NCBI GenBank assembly: GCA_946965045.2
Contig: OX337228.1
Coordinates: forward strand, 5,394,001 to 5,458,000
DNA: 64,000 nt
Direction of reading: 5' to 3'
Source of the DNA: Epithemia pelagica
Lineage: Eukaryota; Protista; Bacillariophyta
In this document: positions 46,399-58,518 of the stretch, piece by piece
Layout of the letters: every line of letters starts with the position of its first letter
Numbering within the stretch: the stretch's first letter is position 1
Position numbers and translations under genes: made by a program
Notes under the pieces: model-generated
The model's database searches: none
The model's input: the letters and a program-made list of their open reading frames with translations, nothing else
Told to the model about the DNA's origin: nothing

Positions 46399-47434
46399 AC
46401 ATCGCCTCTACTGGGATTGTTTCTGTTAGATTTACGCTGTTTGACTTTCTCGTTGAAAGCCAAAATCGTACGTAGGCGGGGATGTCTGGTCCCTCAGGTA
46501 AGACTTTCCATTTTACACATACCACAAATCACGCACTATATTTGTCCTGGTGGAAGAAATGTTAATGATAGCTCTGATACTACTTTTAAAAGAGCGTTGT
46601 TCGTTTGTATTTCGTTGCCAATGTTCAGTTTTTTCTACAAATAATGGACATAAGTATCCACATCCGATCCCACAGATGACCCATTTGCTGGTCCACAGAG
46701 AATCTGACGCACGTCTCGCGGTAAGGGCTGGGTAAGCCGATCCATGTTCGGCTAGGTAGGTTCAGTACATTAAGCTACGTAGTACTATTTTCATGACTGT
46801 AACAAGTGGGGCGGATGGTCACACCGAGTCGCAAATTGAAAACTTGCTGCCACGAGAAACAATGCAAAGTGGAAGCCATCGCTCGACAATGGTGGAAGCC
46901 GTCACCCCCATGGCCATAACTTCCTCAATAATAGAGCTTGACTCGACCGCTTTGACAATAAGATTATTTACTACTAGAGTGACTATGCTTTCAATTCGGT
47001 CGAGTCAGCATTGAAAAATGAGTGAGTTAGGGCGGTCGTTCGATTTCATCACTGCAGAAAAATGAGTATACCTTTTGATCCAACGCGACAAATCTTCTGT
47101 AGCTGCAGAACACAGTAATACTAGCAAACTCAAACAACTTACAGTAGTAGGATGTTGATGCGATGCATCGGTAAATGCATGCGGCATCAACGGATCTCGC
47201 CGTCATCGTAGAGTGTTTTTGCATTTTTTCGGACTTCCCACCATTTCAGGTATGACGTGTACTATGGGATTTTATGTACAATACGTAGCTTTTGTGCTGA
47301 ACCTACCTAGCCGAACATGGATCGGCTTACCCAGCCCTTACCACAACCCGTGTAAATTTTTGAGAGAACCATGTCATTTCAGTCTCGAGTGGTTAAGACC
47401 GCCAAGAACATCAAGGCATCACTTCCTCATTCTC

Positions 47435-48277
47435 ATGGTCTCCGTCCATAGCCTGCTTATTGGATTATTCTTATCCACCGGGATCCTCTCCTCATTCACT
47501 AGCGAACTAAGTTGTGCGATGGTTGAAGGCAGCCCTCGAGCGGATAGCAACGTCCCGGAGATGTCAGTATTGAGGGAACTGAAAGAACAGATACACAAGC
47601 AGAACATCGAAATTGAATCATTAAGGACTCAGCTATCACGCAAGAAGGGTCAAGGCGGCGTATCAGCACCATCTCATGGTCATGGAGGAGGTGGAGATTC
47701 TTCCAAAGAAGAAATCATTGCTTACGTGAGCGAATCATTTTATAGCATCGCCTCTAAGAGAATAGGATGGTTGGGCCTATTTTTGGTGTCGTTATCCATG
47801 ACGGCTCTGATAATGAATGGATTTGAACATACGCTGGAGCGACAGATTGAACTTGCGTATTTCGTCCCTTTGCTTGCCGGTCATGGCGGAAACGTTGGGG
47901 GCCAGGCTGTGGGCACGGTTCTGTCCGCACTGTCGGCAGGTGTTGTGGCACTACAGGACGCTCCACGGATAATTGGGAAAGAAGCGTTGTCTGGACTCGC
48001 AATGGGCTCTGTGTTGGGTATAATGGTTGGACTTGTGGCGCATGTTGTCATGGGAATATCAACCCATGTCGCGGCCGCGGTGTTTTGCACACTGCCACTT
48101 GTGTCATTGATTGCTGCTACACTGGGATCCACTATACCTTTTGCCTGCATCGCTGTGGGACTTGACCCAAAAGTTATCGCTGCCCCCGCCATGACCAGTT
48201 TTGTAGATGTCACTGGGTTGATGTCCTATTTTCTCATTGCAAATCAAGTCTTTGCAATATTCGGAGTCGAGTTGTAG
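47435..48277 (+). CDS. MgtE-type Mg2+ transporter membrane domain with N-terminal signal and short coiled coil
   Basis: KRIGWL, FVPLLAGHGGNVGGQA, LGSTIPF...LDP and APAMTSFVDVTG motifs of MgtE. Confidence 0.88.
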   Translation: MVSVHSLLIGLFLSTGILSSFTSELSCAMVEGSPRADSNVPEMSVLRELKEQIHKQNIEIESLRTQLSRKKGQGGVSAPSHGHGGGGDSSKEEIIAYVSESFYSIASKRIGWLGLFLVSLSMTALIMNGFEHTLERQIELAYFVPLLAGHGGNVGGQAVGTVLSALSAGVVALQDAPRIIGKEALSGLAMGSVLGIMVGLVAHVVMGISTHVAAAVFCTLPLVSLIAATLGSTIPFACIAVGLDPKVIAAPAMTSFVDVTGLMSYFLIANQVFAIFGVEL

Positions 48278-48484
48278 TAAACACTTTATCAATGGGTTGT
48301 CGTTGCCGGCGGCTTAGCTATTGCGCCTACTATGTCTGACTCCAGTGCTTTGACGGCAGCGAAAAGGCTACTTGTATTGAAGTCGAAAGTTGTTCTTATG
48401 ACCAAAAAAGGGTATTTTCGGTAACGAAAAGATTAGTCTACCGCTCTAGTTATGGCACCGGATACAGATACAGAAGTTGATTCT

Positions 48485-50282
48485 CTACTTGGTATCAATA
48501 TTCTTGGTAAACGCCTCTTTCCACGTGACATGCTTCGCTAGTAACGTATGGACAAAACTTTGCCGATCACGTCGAGCGACGAGGACAATTACTTCCGAAA
48601 ACTTGCCGAAGAAGGAAGCCAGCATCATCAAGCCAAACAAAAACAGCAATGGGAAATAAGCCAAGTCAGCTCCAATTATGCCTCCCGGTTCCAAGAAAAA
48701 ATCACCAAGACCCACGGTTGTAGTGGAAACGTAGGCAAACCAATATGAATCATTCATTGCAAATGTCTCATTTAGTCTGTCTTTTTTCCACTGAACCACA
48801 ATTGCTGCGATAACAACCATCCATGCATAGTAAAAGGAACCCCACATTATACATGCTATCCATGGTTGGGCAAGAACCTTCAAACCATTTCGTGTTACAA
48901 AATCATCGACTACATGGCTTGAAATAGAACCTGCAGCACCGAGGATCGCAGCAAATGCCAGAATGGACAAGAAGCCGATCGTGAAAACCAATGCTTGACC
49001 AGCGGTCGAGGCTGGAGCTTGATTTCCGTAACCAATCTGCAGTGACGTGTGGCCCTTTCAATCACTCCCACACAAAAGATCACTCTTACCGTAGTTTGAA
49101 CTGTGAACCAAAACCATGCTTTTGATGGGGAAAAAGACGAAAGAAGATGAAAACCATCATTCCAGTAAGATGGACGTGGTTGAAAGACAATCGACCAACA
49201 GTCCACTAAGCTCACCTGCAGCAGGAGCGTTCAAATTGCACTCACTGCCTCCATTCGCGTCACGCGCAGCTTCCTGAGTTGCAATTTTAAATGCGTCCGT
49301 CTGATCAAAGCCATCCTCAATCAGTTGTAGGTAGTATAAGTCGAACAGTCTCTGTCTATCGAGTTCCCAAGTTCTTGTAAACCAGTCAGTTTGTCCCTCC
49401 ACTGATCTCTGTTCTGGCGTTAGCTGTCCACCACGGAATGATCTTGTTCCGTCTGCTCCGTCGAAGCATCTAATCCAATCAAATGAGAGCTCCTGAGAAC
49501 TTGTGATAAGAGTCGCAACGGATTGACTAAGGAGTGAATCAGCGTTTGCCTGTGCTTCATTCCCGCAGTCTTCCATGAAAGAAAAAAATTGCTCTGGATC
49601 AGAGAACACACCGTCAGCGTCTCTTAAAGAGTCTGGGAAATCGAGAGATCCTTTGTCTGCAACAATCTGAAGGATCTCTTTGCCACTTGGAAACCTCACC
49701 GTATGATTCTGGATAAGATTTGATATCGCAGCAGGGACAGTTCGTCCAATGTCTGTAATATTGTTATTTTTAAGTACAATAGCGCACATACCCGAGGTAT
49801 CACTTGTGTAAGGTTTGTCACAACCTTCGCAGACATGTTTGCATAGAAGATCTAGATACGCAAAGAAGCAAATTTTGAGACAACAGGTTAACAAAGCAGA
49901 GTTTGAAACAAATTTCACAAACCTGTTCTACGGCATTGTTATTCGCCTCAATTTCCGCAGGGGCTTCGTATTCGCAGAGCTTGGCACCGAAGCCCAAGCT
50001 CAAGAGTACGAGCGCAAACAGTGGGACGATGACTCCAACACAAACGGCTGATGTACGTGGGAACCTCGACAGGCAAAACCCAGTCACAGGCCACCGAAGC
50101 AACTTCAGATATGCCTTGCTAGGCAAATTTTTCTTCTTGAGTTTTCCCTTCTTCTCTGGCCGACGAATTGAAGGTAGGGTCCATTGCCTTCGTTTGTCTT
50201 TCGTCGCCGACATGAACATCGCATTCTTGCTGGAGCAGGTCACTTGGATCATTTCGATTTTCCACAGCCTCCGGTCCATCAT
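48485..50282 (-). CDS. Two-pore-domain K+ channel; exons 50282?-49923, 49851-49792, 49708-49216, 49118-49090 and 49036-48485
   Basis: The spliced product gives WFWFTVQTT|IGYGN (pore 1) and WFAYVSTTTVGLGD (pore 2). All four introns are GT-AG and phase-consistent. The start is uncertain (alternative ATG at 50370 in another frame). Confidence 0.82.
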
Positions 50283-50429
50283 CAGAACTTCTCAATCCCG
50301 CGTCAATAGCCTCGCATTCTTCCGATGTAGAAGAGTTACATGATGACCGACCCAGGCTGTTGTTGGACATTCTGTCCGATTATTGCTCTCTGTCTTTAGA
50401 ATTTTCAAAATCGTTTGTCTCGTCTCCAT

Positions 50430-50580
50430 TCTCTAGCTAGCGATCAGTCTACAGCCATAAAGTGAGAAGCTACTCGTACTCCTCTACTCTCTCTCTCTAG
50501 GAGTACTACCTAGCTACTCCTCTACTCTCTAGAGCTAGAGCTAGTAGCACTCTAGCTAGAGCTAGAGGAGTAGGAGTAGT
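50430..50580. promoter_or_regulatory. CTAG/CTAC-rich tract with TACTCCTAG motifs in the divergent K2P/HesB-like gap
   Basis: CTACTCGTACTCCT at 50470-50483, CTCTAGGAGTA at 50495-50505 and TAGGAGTA at 50571-50578. Confidence 0.45.
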
Positions 50581-50662
50581 AGATCTTTCACATATCCTGA
50601 ATCACGAACAAGACCACCACCCACCCACCACCCAATTCTGCACTTTTTTCTACATCTTGACG

Positions 50663-51376
50663 ATGATACAGCGCCTACTACTGCCTTATCCTTATGGATT
50701 GTTGCCTCGTTCCAGAGGCATGCCGCTCTTTCGCCGACTTTCAGCACATTCAAGTAGGATGATCACGTTCAGAAAGTCGCTATTCATCAATATCGACGTA
50801 GAGGAATTGTCGAGTTTAAATCCCAAAATGAATCTGGTGAATAACTCATTGGACCTGACGTCGGTTGGTTTGCGGTCTCCGTCTTGTAAAAGACTATTCT
50901 CGTCGTCTCCTTTTGATAGAAACAATCATACTACAGGAACGATCAGCGATAAGGGGAAAACACAAGAAAAGCGTCCCCGTCGACCGTTGAAAGTAGTCCC
51001 GTTGAAACCTGCGGTCGATGTAGCCCCGAAGGCTCGCCAGTTCTTTATTCAGTTGCTGAGGGACCCTCCGCGGCCGGAGATCTGTGGAGTTCGCTTGAGC
51101 TACAAGCAAGCTTCGTCTGGGGAGCCAAGGATGGTATTCTCGTTTGAATTCGTTACACCTGATCAGTTAGACAAATTTGACGAAGAGGTCCCGTTGGATC
51201 TTGATTCGGACACAAACCAAAGTGGAGTGGAAGAAACAGAATCATCTACATCTCCGGCTTTGTTTGTTTCGGGTAGTGCTTTTCTCAAGGTGCTAGGAGC
51301 CACAGTGGATGTTGATGATCGGTTCTTACCGATCCTTTACGACAAGGAAGGGAACCGTATGGACCCCAACGCATAG
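50663..51376 (+). CDS. Probably mitochondrial HesB/IscA-like fold protein lacking the canonical Cys ligands
   Basis: Arg/Ser-rich presequence; GVRLSY..FSFEFV..DE..LFVSGSAFLKVLGATVD resembles the A-type carrier scaffold. Confidence 0.5.
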   Translation: MIQRLLLPYPYGLLPRSRGMPLFRRLSAHSSRMITFRKSLFINIDVEELSSLNPKMNLVNNSLDLTSVGLRSPSCKRLFSSSPFDRNNHTTGTISDKGKTQEKRPRRPLKVVPLKPAVDVAPKARQFFIQLLRDPPRPEICGVRLSYKQASSGEPRMVFSFEFVTPDQLDKFDEEVPLDLDSDTNQSGVEETESSTSPALFVSGSAFLKVLGATVDVDDRFLPILYDKEGNRMDPNA

Positions 51377-51496
51377 CTTCGCTCGGCCTGGCTTCTTGGT
51401 CGTGATCGCGCATTCGCCGTCCACGCGCCGGACCTCCTACTTCCTGAGATGTGTTCTATTTTGAACCTGGTCACATTTTCAAAAGGAAGTGCCAAG

Positions 51497-53570
51497 ATGA
51501 CCATTGGAAGCACTGAAAATGTGTTCAACGGCGACGAGTCGGTTGAAATGTACGAGGACCACATGATAATACCGCCTCCAGTTCGTCGCCACGTGAAAGG
51601 AGCCAAAACGTGCGATAGAGATATTCAGGCAGGGACGACGAATGCGATTAACTGCAGCGACTCGGTCGCAATGGATGAAGAGAGTATGAGAATGCCACCC
51701 CCAGCTCGTCGCTTCCTTCCAGGAACAAAGGAATTTCGTGAGTCCATTAAGACCGGGAGCATCAAGTGCTCACTCGAATATATACAGATGAATCGCGTGA
51801 AAGAACGAAGTCATCCTTCCCGTGGAAAAGGCGAATGTGTTGTCGTATCTCCTGAATCAGAAGCGATTCCATGTCCGTTGCTCCGTGAAACCAATGCTGA
51901 AGATGGCAACGCGTTGGGAGATCCCGTTTGCTCACGGTCCATATCGGACGCGGACATGAAAAACTTGAATTCAACTGAGATCCCGAGCTTTCCTGTCCTT
52001 GGTGACAACGATTTTAGTGGAAGAACTAACCTGGAATCTTGCTACACTGATAACAATGGTACTCATACTCTATCATCAACTCGTAGTGAGGAGAACACGA
52101 GTAACATCCCTGCGGAGTCAGGTAGTGCCAGCGCCATGGAATGCAGTGATGACGAACAATGCAGTTCTTCTTTTGCCGTTTCCCAGGGTTCTTCTTCGAA
52201 GATCGAAAGTGGAAACTGCGAAGGTCCAACGGAATCATCAATGGAAAAGACGAAAAGTGCACCCGCTGCTGGAAACGGCCGGTTCTCGGTTGAACCAACC
52301 CATGAGACAACTCGATTTTCCGATGTTGTAGGTCATGGAAATGTCAAGTTGCGGATTGATGAGGTAAGTGACAACAAACGCCTTGTATTTGGAACAGTAT
52401 TGGATTTAAATCTCACAGTCAAATCTCAGATCCTTCTTCCTTTGGGACTTCCTCGCGATGTTGCCGATTCAGTCTTGTGTGGCATTCGATCACAACCCAC
52501 TTCAGTGCTGCTTTACGGGCCTCCAGGGTGTGGGAAAGTAAGTAGATCGGGCCATTTATCGCGTCTTTTCCCTGAATCCTCTGTCTCACGTCTATTCATC
52601 CTGTTCCCTATTTTCTTGCAGACGCGATTGGCACGAGCAATCGCTGGTGAAGGCCGAGCGGCTTTCATTTCGATAGCACCCAGCGATGTTCTTTCAAAGT
52701 TCGTGGGTGAATCTGAAGCAGCCGTACGTTCAATCTTTCAGATGGCGACCACATCCGCCTCAAAACTAGAATCCAAGTGTTCTGTGATATTCTTTGACGA
52801 GATTGATGCATTAGGACACACACGAGAAAATGGAGGTAGCGGAGAAGGAGAAGGTTGCTCAAGGCGTGTTTTGGCAGAGTTGCTTTTGCAGTTGAACGTT
52901 GCTTTGACAAAACGACCTTCACCGGGACGCAAGGACATCAAAGATCAGGACGGAAGAGAATCTTTCGATGACACTCGGATTTTGGTGGTTGCCGCCACGA
53001 ACAGACCAGAGGTGAGAATAGATACCGTTTGACTGATCGTTGGAGTGACGTTCTAACATCACTTTTCAGGACTGCGACCCTGCTCTATTGCGTCGATTCG
53101 GCATTCGTCTGATGGTGGGATTACCGTCACGTCGTGATAGGAAGAAGATGTTTGCTAAACATCTAGATGGAATAAACCACACTCTCTCCAAGAGGGACCT
53201 GTGTGCTTTGGCGATATCCACGTATGGATGGTCAGGATCAGACATTGAGAGTCTTACGAGGGAGGCTGTAATGGCTCCCGTCCGTGAATGTCTCCGTTTG
53301 TCGGCACTACATCGTCGCCGTCGTCCGCGAGAAGGTGACGTGCTCGGAGTTGATGACGGATTGTACGTTGATGCGCCGTCTCGAGATGGCACTCAGGTGC
53401 TTATAGAAAATCTTCAACGCATTCGTCCTGTTCTAAGAGACGATTTCGAAAACGCCATGTGTGTTGTTTCTGAAGGTAGGCGTATGGCGCGTTGTACCGA
53501 GTATCCATTTGGTGATCATTATGACAGCTCCAGTGGCGATGATGACACCAGTGGCGACGAATCCATTTGA
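51497..53570 (+). CDS. AAA+ ATPase of the meiotic clade (spastin/katanin/fidgetin-like); exons 51497-52363, 52430-52537, 52622-53011 and 53070-53570
   Basis: Walker A GPPGCGK|T, SDVLSKFVGESE, Walker B IFFDEIDAL, VVAATNRPE, ALLRRF and GWSGSDI. Confidence 0.88.
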
Positions 53571-53785
53571 TTTTTCCTTTTGTGAAATCGTTGTGGAAGA
53601 TCATGAAGAGCTCAAGGCTTTGTTCAGCGGCAATCTTTTTTATTATAGAACTTGTGTCACGATAGTAAGTGTCTAATTTTTCGGAGATTTTCTACAAACT
53701 ACAAATCCTTGTCGACTATGTGCAGCACCGACCGGATATCACAGCCAGAGCGATGCCTGCTGCAGATGTGGAATGCTGAACGCTT

Positions 53786-55678
53786 TTACATCATTCCGGG
53801 CATGCCACCCATACCTCCCATACCACCGCCTCCTGGAGCTGGAGGACCTGCAGGCTCTGGTTTGTCGACAATCATGGATTCTGAAGTCGTGAGTAGACCA
53901 GCGACGGATGCCGCATCAAGGATACCGGTGCGTGTAACCTTGGCAGGATCGATGATACCGGCTTCGACCAAGTCGCAATATTCTCCTTTTTGCGCATCGT
54001 ATCCCCAAGCAACGTCAACAGAATCTTTGATCAATTCACCACAGATTACGGCTCCCTCTTCTGCGGCGTTTTCAGCAATACATTTCAATGGTGCGGCAAG
54101 TGCTCTCTTGATGATCTGCACTCCAATCTTTTGGTCCATGTTGACGGCTTGTTCCTCAGCAACCTTGTCGAGTTTCGTGGAACAGTACAACAAAGCTTTT
54201 CCACCTCCAGGAACAATTCCTTCTTCGACGGCGGCTCTTGTGGCGTTCAAGGCATCGACAACCCGATCTTTCTTCTCCTGAACTTCCACTTCAGAGGCAC
54301 CACCAACTTGAATGACAGCAACTCCACCCGAGAGTTTTGCCAAACGTTCTTGGAGCTTTTCACGTTCATAGTCCGACTTGGTTGTTTCAATACTATTTCT
54401 AATCAAATCACATCGTTCTGCGATAGAATCCGCTTCTCCAGCACCTCCAAGAACAACGGTATCGTTCTTGGTTACAGTGATCTTTTTGCATTTTCCAAGA
54501 TGCATTGGTTGAACCTCTTCGAGCTTCATGCCAGTCTCTTCAGAAATGACTGTTGCTCCTGTAAGAATAGCAAGATCTTGCATAGTCGCTTTACGGTTAT
54601 CTCCAAAGCCTGGTGCCTTGACCGCACAGACCTTGATACCAGCGCGCAATTTGTTCACGACGAGCGTCGCCAAGGCCTCACTTTCGACGTCTTCCGCAAT
54701 GATCAACAAACTTGATTGACTCTTGATAACTGATTCTAGCAATGGCACCAATTGTTGCAAGTTTGTCACTTTCTTTTCAACCAACAACAAAAGAGGGTTC
54801 TCCAAGTCGCACGTTTGTGTCTTGGCGTCAGTGATAAAGTATGGACTGATGTAACCTCGGTCAAACTTCATTCCTTCCACAACGTCCAGGACGTTTTCGA
54901 GAGTCTTTCCGTCTTGCACTGTAATAACACCTTCCTTTCCAACTCGTTCCATGGCGTCGGCAATCAGATCACCGACTTCCTTGTCAGAGTTGGCCGAAAT
55001 GGTTCCGACCTGAGAAATTTCCTCCTTTGTACCAATCGGTCGACTGATTTCTTCCAACGTATCGACGACATTGTTTACGGCCATTTGAATTCCCCTACGA
55101 AGATCCAACGGGTTCAAGCCGGCAGCAACGGCCTTGCAACCTTCTTCGTAAATGGCTCGAGCCAGAACAGTGGCCGTCGTGGTACCATCTCCAGCCACAT
55201 CATTAGTTTTCGAGGCGACACTCTTGATCAATTGGGCTCCCATATCCTCAAACTTATCTTCAAAATCAATGGATTTGGCGACTGTCACACCATCTTTGGT
55301 TATCTTGGGAGCACCGTAGGGTTGAGCAATAATCGCATTTCGACCTTTGGGACCAAGCGTGACCTGGACAAAAAGTATAGAAACAAAATGGTATTAGTTT
55401 GCGAGAAAGGGGATCCAGTTAGCCCATGTTAGCTAAGAATCAGGGAATCGTTCTTTGCCAACCATGCTGGCTTGATTTTCCCTTCTCCATCGACAGCAAC
55501 AAATATCCATTGACAACAAACTTACCTGCACGGCGTCGGCAAGGACATTCACACCTTTCAACATGGCAGCTCGGCCATCGGTTCCAAATTTGATTTCCTT
55601 GGCAAATCCTCTTGTGGACATTCGTCCAAACAAGGAGGTGCGGGAGGCAGTTGTTCGGCTGAGCAACGAGGTCAACAT
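53786..55678 (-). CDS. HSP60: Mitochondrial chaperonin 60; exons 55678-55526 and 55363-53786
   Basis: [47 protein letters not shown] and a GGM tail; mitochondrial presequence. Confidence 0.97.
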
Positions 55679-55821
55679 GGTAAAGTCAAACACAGATTTT
55701 CTATGGGATTACACGATGCAAACGAAAAAGAAAGATTTCAATGGAAAATGAGATCTTCTTGTCATCTGGCCATGTGGTGGTTGGTGGTGTGGTCAGATAG
55801 AGAGTAGAGGATTCCAGACGT

Positions 55822-55903
55822 ACATGGACTCCACCCCCCAGCGGGGGTTGTTTTGAGGGTTTAATTTCAGTGAACCACCCCCGCTGGGGGATGACATGGA
55901 CTC
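55822..55903. mobile_element. 62-bp TIR micro-element (55832-55893) flanked by a perfect 10-bp direct repeat
   Basis: ACATGGACTC at 55822-55831 and 55894-55903; TIR CA(C/T)CCCCCAGCGGGGGT(T/G)GTT matches at 19/21; 20-nt spacer. Confidence 0.75.
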
Positions 55904-56195
55904 TCCATGCGCATGCGGCCACCAGACAGACGGATGATGACGTGTACCACCCCCGACAAGATAGATTCAGTGCGACATAAATCAGTCAGACATCAGACAC
56001 AAGTTTCGCGAACACCAAGGATCTTTGTGCGAAAGACAGGAACGTCGAAGAATTTGATCTCTCACCTTCGACAGCGACACGCATCCGTTGATCGATGTCG
56101 AAAGATTCCGTCGATAGACTTGCATTCTACCTCATATTCCGAAGACCAACAACAGATTGATCGATAAAGTATCTTTCAGATATCGTGCGATAAAG

Positions 56196-58518
56196 ATGGA
56201 TGAATCTACAGAGAAAGCCGCTGACGAAACAACCTTTGATCCAGAAAAAGACGTTGTCGATGCTCGCAACAAATCCAAGTTGTCAGCTCACGATGATCCA
56301 TTTGCACCTCGGGAAGGAAAAACTTTGGTTTGGAGGGATGTAAATATGACTTTGGCTGGAAAAGGCGAGGAGCCGGACCGAAAACTGCTTACAGAAGTGT
56401 GGGGCGAAGTTCCGAAACAAGAAACGACGGCTGTGAGTGACGCTTGACAGTGTTTTGTCCCATCAGTTTTGTGGCGTCGAAAGACGCTAAAGTTTTTGTT
56501 CATGACAGTATCTCACGTTTTGCTTGGCAACGCACAGATTATGGGACCATCCGGCGCTGGTAAGACGTCTTTGTTGAATATCTTGAGTGGGCGAGCGAGG
56601 TCGAACGGTCGTTTGTCAATCACGTCAGACGTCCGCCTGAACAATTACCGTGTGGATCCAACCAACATTGCCGTCCGAAAGTTGATTGCCTTTGTTGCTC
56701 AGGATGACTCTCTGCAAGTCACGGCTACTCCGCGCGAAGCAATCTACTTTTCGGCCAAACTGAGATTGCCTCGATCGACTAAGGAATCGCAGCTGGAGAA
56801 GTTGACGGAACGCATGATTACAGAACTTGGACTCACTTCTTGTGCCGACACCATTGGTAAGAATTCTCTTTGAGGTCAGTACAAAATCCTAGATTCATAG
56901 TTCTTACATTTGTGTTTGACTTTTAGTGGGTGGTGAACTGATCAAGGGCATTTCGGGAGGAGAACGAAAACGTGCATCTGTTGGAGTTGAATTGGTTGTA
57001 AAGCCTGCTTTGGTTTTCCTTGACGAACCAACCAGTGGTCTTGACAGGTACGAGGTCATTTTATTCGTCTTGCATTCAACTCTTATTTGGTTTCTGACTG
57101 GAAAATTGGCGTCTCTAGTTTTTCTGCGGTTCAGTTGTGCCAGGTGTTGAAAAAGGTTGCACATGCTGGAGCAAGTGTTTTGTTTACGATTCACCAGCCA
57201 TCATCTGAGATTTTTAACTCCTTTGATCATCTCATTCTCATGAACAAAGGTCGAGTTATGTACCAGGGATCTGTTTCCGAAGTACCGGACTTTTTCGGTG
57301 CTCGAGGTAAGACAAGATGCGCCAAGCTGACTCGGATCTCCATATGTATGGCTCACCTAGACGATTTTGACAGGACACCCCAATCCTCCCAATTACAATC
57401 CTGCTGACTGGGTGATGAATGTGGCTCAGTCTGTTGCCATCAAAGAGCTTGATGATGCTGGTTTCTTTCCACGCGATGATCGTGAAATGGGCGAGCCTTT
57501 TGAACCCGAGGAAGGAAAGGACGCCTTAGGAATTACCACTTCAAGGAGAGGCTTTTCATCCCGATCCTTCTCAGCAGAAGAATGGGACGAAACTCCTCCT
57601 GGACCCATGGAACAGACTAAACTCTTGTTTCTTCGTGAATGGCGCAATTTGCAGCGCGACGTTGCTGCTTTGGGTGCCCGCTTTGGCCTCACGACCTTTC
57701 TCAGTATATTGATTGGGGTCATCTTTTTGGATGTCGGAGCGACTGATAGTTCTGTCTCGGAAAATCTACAAAGTCATTTTGGTGCTCTTATTATGGTTCT
57801 CCTTATGAGCATGTTTGGTACTGCACAGCCAGCTCTGCTGTCCTTCCCTGAGGAACGTCCTGTCTTTCTTCGCGAATACAGCACCAGTCATTATACCGTT
57901 GGTGCTTACTTCTCCTCTCGTCTTACAATGGAGGCCTTCATCACTGGGTGCCAGATGTTTGTTTCGACAATCATTACCTATTTTATGATTGACTTCCAGA
58001 TTAATTTTGGGCTGTTTTATGCCAGTGCCTACAGTCTTGCAATGGCTTCTACTGCATTGGCAGTTCTTCTTGGGGCCTCATTGGAGAACGCGAAAGTGGC
58101 GACGGAAATGCTCCCTATTGTAAGTGCCTGTGAAAAGTGATCATGAACTTGGCTGAAAAAGTGATCCTGAACTTGACTCAATACAACTACTTATCCTCAC
58201 ATGCTGGTGTAGTTGTTTGTTCCCCAAATGCTTTTCGCTGGATTTTTTGTTGTTCCCGATCTGATTCCCTCCTGGCTTCGCTGGGCGCGATACCTGTGTA
58301 CGCTGACCTACTCCCTCCGTATTATCATGGTGGGTGAGTTTGAAGATTGTGATCCTTCCAACCCAGCTGCGAACCAAGAGTGCAACGATCTATTGGAGAG
58401 AACAGATGCTGATCCAGATGAGACTTGGTGGAACTGGATTGTGCTCGTGGCCCTTTTCGTGGTATTCCGAGTGACCGCTCTCATCGTTCTTCGTCAGAAG
58501 GCAACCAAGTTCTATTAA
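56196..58518 (+). CDS. ABCG half transporter; exons 56196-56432, 56538-56856, 56927-57047, 57119-57306, 57374-58119 and 58213-58518
   Basis: [41 protein letters not shown] and [10 protein letters not shown]. Confidence 0.93.

Noticed and set aside
53990-55432. Long antisense ORFs opposite HSP60 (also opposite NDK at 15059-15574 and SHMT at 40056-40751)
   Set aside because: Antisense frames of highly codon-biased genes often lack stops; no independent coding signal.
56035-56115. Heat-shock elements upstream of HSP60
   Set aside because: GAA/TTC units are present but not in correct nGAAnnTTCn spacing.
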